IMG/VR virus record: IMGVR_UViG_3300027844_002282
DNA: 64,000 nt
Origin: a virus
Reading direction: 5' to 3' (one strand)
Part shown: positions 58,454 to 64,000 of the stretch, in pieces
Position numbering within the stretch: the first letter of the stretch is position 1
Layout: every line of letters begins with the position of its first letter
Notes under the pieces: generated by a model
Told to the model about the DNA's origin: nothing
Seen by the model: only the letters and a program-made list of their open reading frames with translations
The model's database searches: none
Position numbers and translations under genes: made by a program

Positions 58454-58801
58454 TTACTTCTTACCCCCAACAGTATTCCTGACAATGTCATCCTCTCGTA
58501 ACTCAACCCAATAAATTTCCAAAACCTCAGAATCTTCCAAAGCCTCGAAATCATGGAACTCCCCAGGCTTGACAATCGTTATGTCGCCAGGACCTAACTC
58601 AGTGTAATCGATAAGATCATAATCATTCTTCCACACATTGATAAATATCCAGCCACTCAATACGTAAAATTGATTGAACTTACTCTCGTGCTTGTGAACT
58701 GAACACTTGAAGCCCTCTTTGCAACTGATGTGCTTTAAAGAAACATCGCTCTTCTCAAAGATGTCCCTCGTCTCGCCCCATACTTTTCCATATTTAATCA
58801 T
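58454..58801 (-). CDS. cupin, paralog of 27899..28360
   Basis: GKVWGET, CSVHKHESK, GEFHDF and LEIYW; GGAGGGG RBS before MIKYG. Confidence 0.8.
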   Translation of the reverse strand: MIKYGKVWGETRDIFEKSDVSLKHISCKEGFKCSVHKHESKFNQFYVLSGWIFINVWKNDYDLIDYTELGPGDITIVKPGEFHDFEALEDSEVLEIYWVELREDDIVRNTVGGKK

Positions 58802-58838
58802 CTTGGTCCCCCTCCGGTATGATGAGAATTTCACCACC

Positions 58839-59186
58839 TCATAAACAACAAGCCTTCATCCCTAAATCAAGCTTCTTAGCCCAATCAGGAAGAGCACTGT
58901 TACCCTCTCTGGTAGACTCCCAAGCAATCCTGACAGTGTCCTCAGTCTTGCCAGTAGAATGCTGGTTGGCTGAAAGTATCGTGCGAAAAATGTCATCGTC
59001 AGCTAAAGCACCATGTGCCGCCTCTTTGGCAACCTGAGAATCAAAACACTCCCCAGGAGCTGATAAATGAAAGCCAGTCTCAACACTCGTTAGACCACCA
59101 TGAGGCTCGTTGACCCTACAAGCAAACGTCACAATGCCAGAAATCCCAGCTAAATCATTGCTAAAATGAAAATATTCCATAAACAA
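58839..59186 (-). CDS. hypothetical protein
   Basis: 115-aa ORF with an AGGAG RBS. Confidence 0.55.
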   Translation of the reverse strand: MFMEYFHFSNDLAGISGIVTFACRVNEPHGGLTSVETGFHLSAPGECFDSQVAKEAAHGALADDDIFRTILSANQHSTGKTEDTVRIAWESTREGNSALPDWAKKLDLGMKACCL

Positions 59187-59613
59187 ACTCCTAATTGATA
59201 GATAATATATTGGATATTATACAGGAAAAAGATAGACTTGACAAGGCTATTGATCAGCAATATTTATATACTTTAACGGATTCTTAGACAGAACCGCAGT
59301 AATTAAATGATGCTGACCATCTAAAACAGTCTCGTTGATGATCACAATAATACGATTGAAATCAAAATTTCGAGCCTTGTCTATGATCAATCGCTTCTGG
59401 TCAGGTGAAGCAAGATCATTGTAAAACAGAAAAAACAGTGGATTCGTCTGTCGGCATCTTCAAACTCTTCGCCAACTCATAAGACATAGTGCGAATAGGA
59501 AAATCTATCTCCAAATCATCAGGCTCAAAAAAAATCGCCCATGAACTCACTACGGTCTGATAACTCATACTCTTCATACATCTCTGTAAGCTTTATAGAA
59601 ATCTTATACCAAT

Positions 59614-60063
59614 TCATAAAATATATCCAAATAGTGTAGGATAACTCTTACGAAAAGTAGCAGCGTCATCATCATTTTCCTTGTAAAGAGAAATAACATC
59701 AGGCTTATCTGTAGACATAAAAATTTCCGCTGTCCATAAACGCCCGCATAAACGTAATGTTCGTATATCCTTGAGCGCGGAGGCGCGGAGATCGCCCCCT
59801 GAAGGCGATTTAAGCATGAGTAAGCGCATTAATGACCAGCATTGAGGGTCAATTATGATTGTGCCAACTAAATCGCCCTTAGACTCAATACAAAGGAAAA
59901 GACCAGCCCAAAATCCCTGAGCCCTGAAACGATTTATATTAATAACCGACTCTTGATCAGCAATCTCAGTATCAGTAGGAATCGGTAATAAAAAATTTAT
60001 GAAATCTTCATTAGTAGTGCTTGTCATAAAAATATGACTCCAAGATTTTAGTATCGTTGACAA
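59614..60063 (-). CDS. hypothetical protein, start uncertain
   Basis: 149-aa ORF. Confidence 0.45.
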   Translation of the reverse strand: MSTILKSWSHIFMTSTTNEDFINFLLPIPTDTEIADQESVININRFRAQGFWAGLFLCIESKGDLVGTIIIDPQCWSLMRLLMLKSPSGGDLRASALKDIRTLRLCGRLWTAEIFMSTDKPDVISLYKENDDDAATFRKSYPTLFGYIL

Positions 60064-60125
60064 GCAATATACAGGCAGTAGAGTATAATAATGGCAGTAA
60101 ACACTTCAACATGAGGAAATAAATC

Positions 60126-60356
60126 ATGCAATATATCGAATCATTTGAAATAAAAGAGACAGATCTTAAAAATAATAAATATGGATTGATCGCCAAAATG
60201 TTTGCCATGGTACAAGAAAAATTCATAAAAAGCGGCCATAGTGGAAAACCATATTTGAAATTCAAAGGGCGAGACGGAGAATTGCCGGTCTTTGAATTAT
60301 TCCAAACTGTTACCCCAAGAGAATGGGTGGGACTACCTGACGATATGTGGGAATGA
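60126..60356 (+). CDS. hypothetical protein
   Basis: GAGG RBS; TTGACA element at about 60057. Confidence 0.5.
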   Translation: MQYIESFEIKETDLKNNKYGLIAKMFAMVQEKFIKSGHSGKPYLKFKGRDGELPVFELFQTVTPREWVGLPDDMWE

Positions 60357-61031
60357 TCAATTAACAATAGAACGACCCTTTAAAAAAATCAACCCACTCA
60401 TCTTGGTAGTCGTCTTGCCAGTCCCATTGTACCAATAATATTCATTATGGAAAGACCAACGGGACCTTTGCATCGCACATTGAAAACAGGCGGCTGATTC
60501 CAAATTTCTTACAAAATCAACAGTCTTTGACCTAAGATGCCTGTGTTCTAAAATAAAATTCGCAATTAACATGGTTTCATGATCAAAATTAGACAAAAAC
60601 ATTAATATCTTAGAAAAATAACTTGCAGCATGCTTGGGCATGAGAAGCATGTCAACATTTATAATAGCTGGCTTAAACTCATTTGAATTAGAGTACTCAA
60701 CCATTGTTTCGTAAAAATCTCCAAGATGCCAATTCACCCCGTTGTTAACCTTTCTATTACACTCAAATATCTCCGGATCAATTTCAACGCCATGCATCTG
60801 ATCAAAAGAAGCTATTCCAGAGGCGGCGACTTGATCTAACTCACAGTTCTGCTCCAAAATACCATCTTCGTAAGAACATCTTCCACATATCGTCCAGTAT
60901 TGTGAGTCGCCTGGAATCTGATCCCTACCGTAGTGACTCTCGTAGGCACCAATGATCGTTTGATTGCGAGCCTCGATCTTTTTGGGGCAATCCCCATAAT
61001 GCATGCTAAATTGTGAAGGTGATGATTTCAT
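60357..61031 (-). CDS. hypothetical protein, possibly a SAM-binding fold
   Basis: HGVEID and LGDF segments; 4-nt overlap with the helicase gene. Confidence 0.6.
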   Translation of the reverse strand: MKSSPSQFSMHYGDCPKKIEARNQTIIGAYESHYGRDQIPGDSQYWTICGRCSYEDGILEQNCELDQVAASGIASFDQMHGVEIDPEIFECNRKVNNGVNWHLGDFYETMVEYSNSNEFKPAIINVDMLLMPKHAASYFSKILMFLSNFDHETMLIANFILEHRHLRSKTVDFVRNLESAACFQCAMQRSRWSFHNEYYWYNGTGKTTTKMSGLIFLKGRSIVN

Positions 61032-63805
61032 TTTTTATTCTTCTTGCTCCAAGACCATCCGGGGACTGATTCTAACTTGAGTTTCCTATCATTAGTCATC
61101 TTGCCCATCTTATTTTTCCTTCTTTGTTCATGAACCCATCTGGCAATTTGTACCCCCTTAAAAAGTCCTGTTTTTTTAGGGATTTGGTTTTTTATTTTTA
61201 CATATTCAAGTAAAATATCAAACCTTTCATCCCACGTTTTATTGCCCATATTTAACCATCCAGGAACTGATTCTAACTTGAGTCTTCTGTCCTGAGATAT
61301 TTTCCCCCCTCTTATCTTTTGATTATAAGCCCACCTTCCAATACTCGAATGTACTGTAGGGATTTGTTTTTTTGTCTTTACATATTCAAGTAAAGTATTA
61401 AAATTTTTCTCCCACTTTTCATCGTTAGTATAAAACCAATCTGGCACCAATCTCCTAATCTCATCGTCAAACTCTTTGTCATAACAACCGCTGTCAGGAT
61501 TAGTATAGCTCTTTAAGCTCTCCCCCAATTCATGTGTTTTTGAGTTCGGCCTACCATCTCCTCTTCTAGCCATTTCCAAAAGCCTTTTTTTCTTCTCATT
61601 GGCTAATTCACTTTGATTTACAAACCAATCGGGTCTTAATCTCCGAATCTCATCGTCAAACTCTTTGTCATAACAATCGTGGTCAGGATTAGTGTAACGC
61701 TGTAAAGCCGTTCCCAACTCATGTTTCCTTCCACTTGGTCTATCCTCATTATTTCTAGCCATTTCCAAAAGACTTTTTTTCTTCTCATTGGCTAATTCAT
61801 TTTGATTTACAAACCAATCGGGTCTTAATCTCCGAATCTCATCGTCAAACTCTTTGTCATAACTCGCAGTTCTTGGGTTAGTGTAACGCCCCAAAGCCGC
61901 CCCCAATTCATGTTTCCTTCCACTTGGCCTATCATCCCCATTTCGAGCCATCTTTAAAAGCCTTTCTTTCTTTAACGCACTCGAACTTTCAAACGAATCC
62001 CTAAACTTCTTAAATGTATCCAAACCACACACTTCTGAATAATAAAGAATAAAACTCAAAGGATTCACTTCCCCACAACTCATGATGTCAAAATCTATAG
62101 CAGAGACATCGATCCCCTTGACCTTGCCTATAGACTCCTTCATCCACTTTTTATAAATGTAGTCCCCAATCTCCTTGTGATGTTCTTCAACACCATTATC
62201 ATTAAGAACTGAAGAAACCACATCATAAAACTTATCCTGAGATTCTTCATTGTTTTTACCAAAATCTACAGTGCCATTTGTTTGAAGACGAATGCAGTCT
62301 TCCAAAATGTCATTTAAAATCTCAACTCTTTTATTATGATCGTGAACTTGATCAGTAAAATAATCCGACGTTCTGACAGCCGTGTCGTTTGAACCCGCAC
62401 CGCCAGAATTTTTAATTGGAACCCTAATCGGATATATAGCATCCTCATAAAGCATTGTCGAGAACAAAACCTTGATGTAGTTGTTGACATCTTCTCTGTA
62501 AGATTCTTTGTCAAGCTGATCAAAAGAAAATTGAATAAACTCGTATACACTCAAATGCTCCTTGTTTGGCGCATCCCTGAAACCACGGCCAGGAATTTGC
62601 TGCCTGTCAACCAAGGAGCCCCTATTGCCAATTATCATGATGTCCTCTGCCCACTTCCAATTGCCGCCCTCCTTGAACATGTTCAAGGCAATTACAACGT
62701 CAACCATACTGTTGTCCACATGGTTGTGAGCATCATGAATAAGATCCTTACGCTTTTTTCTAAGAGCTAAGTCTGAATCATCTACCAAATTTACGACTTT
62801 TATCCAGGACCCGTCACTCCTTTTGATGAGAGTAATTCCAGATGGCTCTTCTACTATCTCCGGGTCTTCCACATTAGAAATAGCCTCGTAAACTTTGCGA
62901 ACATCAATGGTCTTGTCGCCATATGAACATCTTTTACTGTTGACGGGGGGAATATAAATAATCGCCTTCCGGCCTGGATTGTAAATTTGCTCCAACGCCT
63001 CTTTCCATTTGTGGCTATACATGACAAAATTATAATCAAAACTCCTTAACCAATAACAGTCAGTCAAATATTCATCCATAGGATAATGAAAACGAGCAAA
63101 CTTATCTGAGTGCTCTTCTGGAATCACAGACAAACGGTCGCCCCTAAACATGGTCGCAGTAGATAATAACAAATTTATATCGCTGTCTTCGTTGACGATG
63201 CAATGTCTAACTAAATCACCTATTTGATTGTGATAGTCAGTGAATAATTCATTATCGTCTTCTGTACATGAAAAATGAATATGGTGCGCCTCATCAATGC
63301 AAACTACTACATTATGGAGTAATTCGGGGAACTGCTGATAAGCACTCACAATGGTAGAGTGCGAACAAACAAGTATCCTGTCGTTTATGTCTTTTGCATT
63401 ACCCTGGCGAGAAAGAAATTGCTTTATTCTATAAATATTGCTGTTTTTGTCCCCGTCAAACAGGTAATGCATTGGAGACCAGTCAAAAGCACCGTCTTCA
63501 TGCGTCTCTAATTTTAATTTGAAATACCCTTTAAAGCCACTTCCAATAATTGTTTGAGGCACCGTAATAATCGCTTTCTTCGTGGGGTTTTTCTGAAGAA
63601 GATTAGCAATAAGCCAACACATAAGCAACGCCTTACCTGACGCAGTCGGAGCATTCACAACGGCATGGGTAGCGTCGGACAACTCTTGATATCCCATAGC
63701 TTGCATCGGGCGCATTGAATACTCGTCAGGCTCTACCAAAGATGGCATTTCCCCAATAGGCTCCCAAGACGCAGTAATTCTGGGTTTAATTTCTGTCTTA
63801 GACAT
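61028..63805 (-). CDS. SF2 (DEAH-type) helicase-like protein with C-terminal repeats and helicase-associated domains
   Basis: RPMQ, APTASGK, IDEAHH, TAT, MFKEG and GRGFR. Confidence 0.85.
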   Translation of the reverse strand: MSKTEIKPRITASWEPIGEMPSLVEPDEYSMRPMQAMGYQELSDATHAVVNAPTASGKALLMCWLIANLLQKNPTKKAIITVPQTIIGSGFKGYFKLKLETHEDGAFDWSPMHYLFDGDKNSNIYRIKQFLSRQGNAKDINDRILVCSHSTIVSAYQQFPELLHNVVVCIDEAHHIHFSCTEDDNELFTDYHNQIGDLVRHCIVNEDSDINLLLSTATMFRGDRLSVIPEEHSDKFARFHYPMDEYLTDCYWLRSFDYNFVMYSHKWKEALEQIYNPGRKAIIYIPPVNSKRCSYGDKTIDVRKVYEAISNVEDPEIVEEPSGITLIKRSDGSWIKVVNLVDDSDLALRKKRKDLIHDAHNHVDNSMVDVVIALNMFKEGGNWKWAEDIMIIGNRGSLVDRQQIPGRGFRDAPNKEHLSVYEFIQFSFDQLDKESYREDVNNYIKVLFSTMLYEDAIYPIRVPIKNSGGAGSNDTAVRTSDYFTDQVHDHNKRVEILNDILEDCIRLQTNGTVDFGKNNEESQDKFYDVVSSVLNDNGVEEHHKEIGDYIYKKWMKESIGKVKGIDVSAIDFDIMSCGEVNPLSFILYYSEVCGLDTFKKFRDSFESSSALKKERLLKMARNGDDRPSGRKHELGAALGRYTNPRTASYDKEFDDEIRRLRPDWFVNQNELANEKKKSLLEMARNNEDRPSGRKHELGTALQRYTNPDHDCYDKEFDDEIRRLRPDWFVNQSELANEKKKRLLEMARRGDGRPNSKTHELGESLKSYTNPDSGCYDKEFDDEIRRLVPDWFYTNDEKWEKNFNTLLEYVKTKKQIPTVHSSIGRWAYNQKIRGGKISQDRRLKLESVPGWLNMGNKTWDERFDILLEYVKIKNQIPKKTGLFKGVQIARWVHEQRRKNKMGKMTNDRKLKLESVPGWSWSKKNKK
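61434..61975 (-). repeat. three tandem 189-nt (63-aa) repeats in the helicase C-terminus
   Basis: CTCATCGTCAAACTCTTTGTCATAAC at 61460, 61649 and 61838. Confidence 0.9.
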
Positions 63806-64000
63806 AATTAAAATAATTAACTCCTTTGTGAAATATTTACCACTATGTGGAAAAGCAAGATACTATGAAGATGAGTGTATGTCAAGTCTTTTTGATTTAT
63901 AAGGCAAGGAAAAACCTCATGACTATTTATTTTTTTATATGACCCCACTTTAGGGTACCCCCGGCATTTACCCCCCCCCCTATAAAAAATACCCCCCCCC

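Noticed and set aside
61434-61975. Regularly spaced repeats as a possible CRISPR array
   Set aside because: The 189-nt period is in frame within a protein and the intervening sequence is also homologous; no cas genes or unique spacers. No CRISPR array was found in the window.
63950-64000. Poly-C runs at the window end as a functional element or genome terminus
   Set aside because: Low-complexity sequence at the edge of an error-prone window; it cannot be distinguished from an artefact.

Overview
The window looks like 64 kb of a large (jumbo/huge-type) bacteriophage genome: short, densely packed genes on both strands, scattered auxiliary metabolic genes and no rRNA or ribosomal-protein operons. 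It has an unusually rich RNA set: several tRNAs (some damaged), a tRNA-Lys(UUU) with a long variable arm, a 265-nt tRNA-shaped RNA with 211 nt in place of the anticodon arm, a ~196-nt minimal RNase P RNA, and a tmRNA split in its T-loop by a 246-nt group I intron and followed by a free-standing HNH-type endonuclease gene. Protein genes include an RNA repair set (RNA ligase, KptA/Tpt1, CCA-adding enzyme, 2H phosphoesterase), NAD/nucleotide enzymes (Prs, nicotinamidase), peptide deformylase, and a dispersed heptose/glycosyl/sulfo/methyl-transfer set. Part of that set sits in an operon with large, probably virion proteins carrying poly-Ser/Cys tracts. Two genome-wide patterns emerge from reading the sequence: a shared N-terminal leader M-[N/D/S]-W-Y-K on about ten unrelated proteins, and a non-sigma70 promoter-like motif AGG-N19-G[T/A]A before at least 14 genes, including most leader-bearing ones. 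Many frameshifts in homopolymers and isolated in-frame stops suggest an error-prone (long-read-like) assembly, so pseudogene calls are tentative. All protein family calls come from motifs recognised by eye, not database searches.
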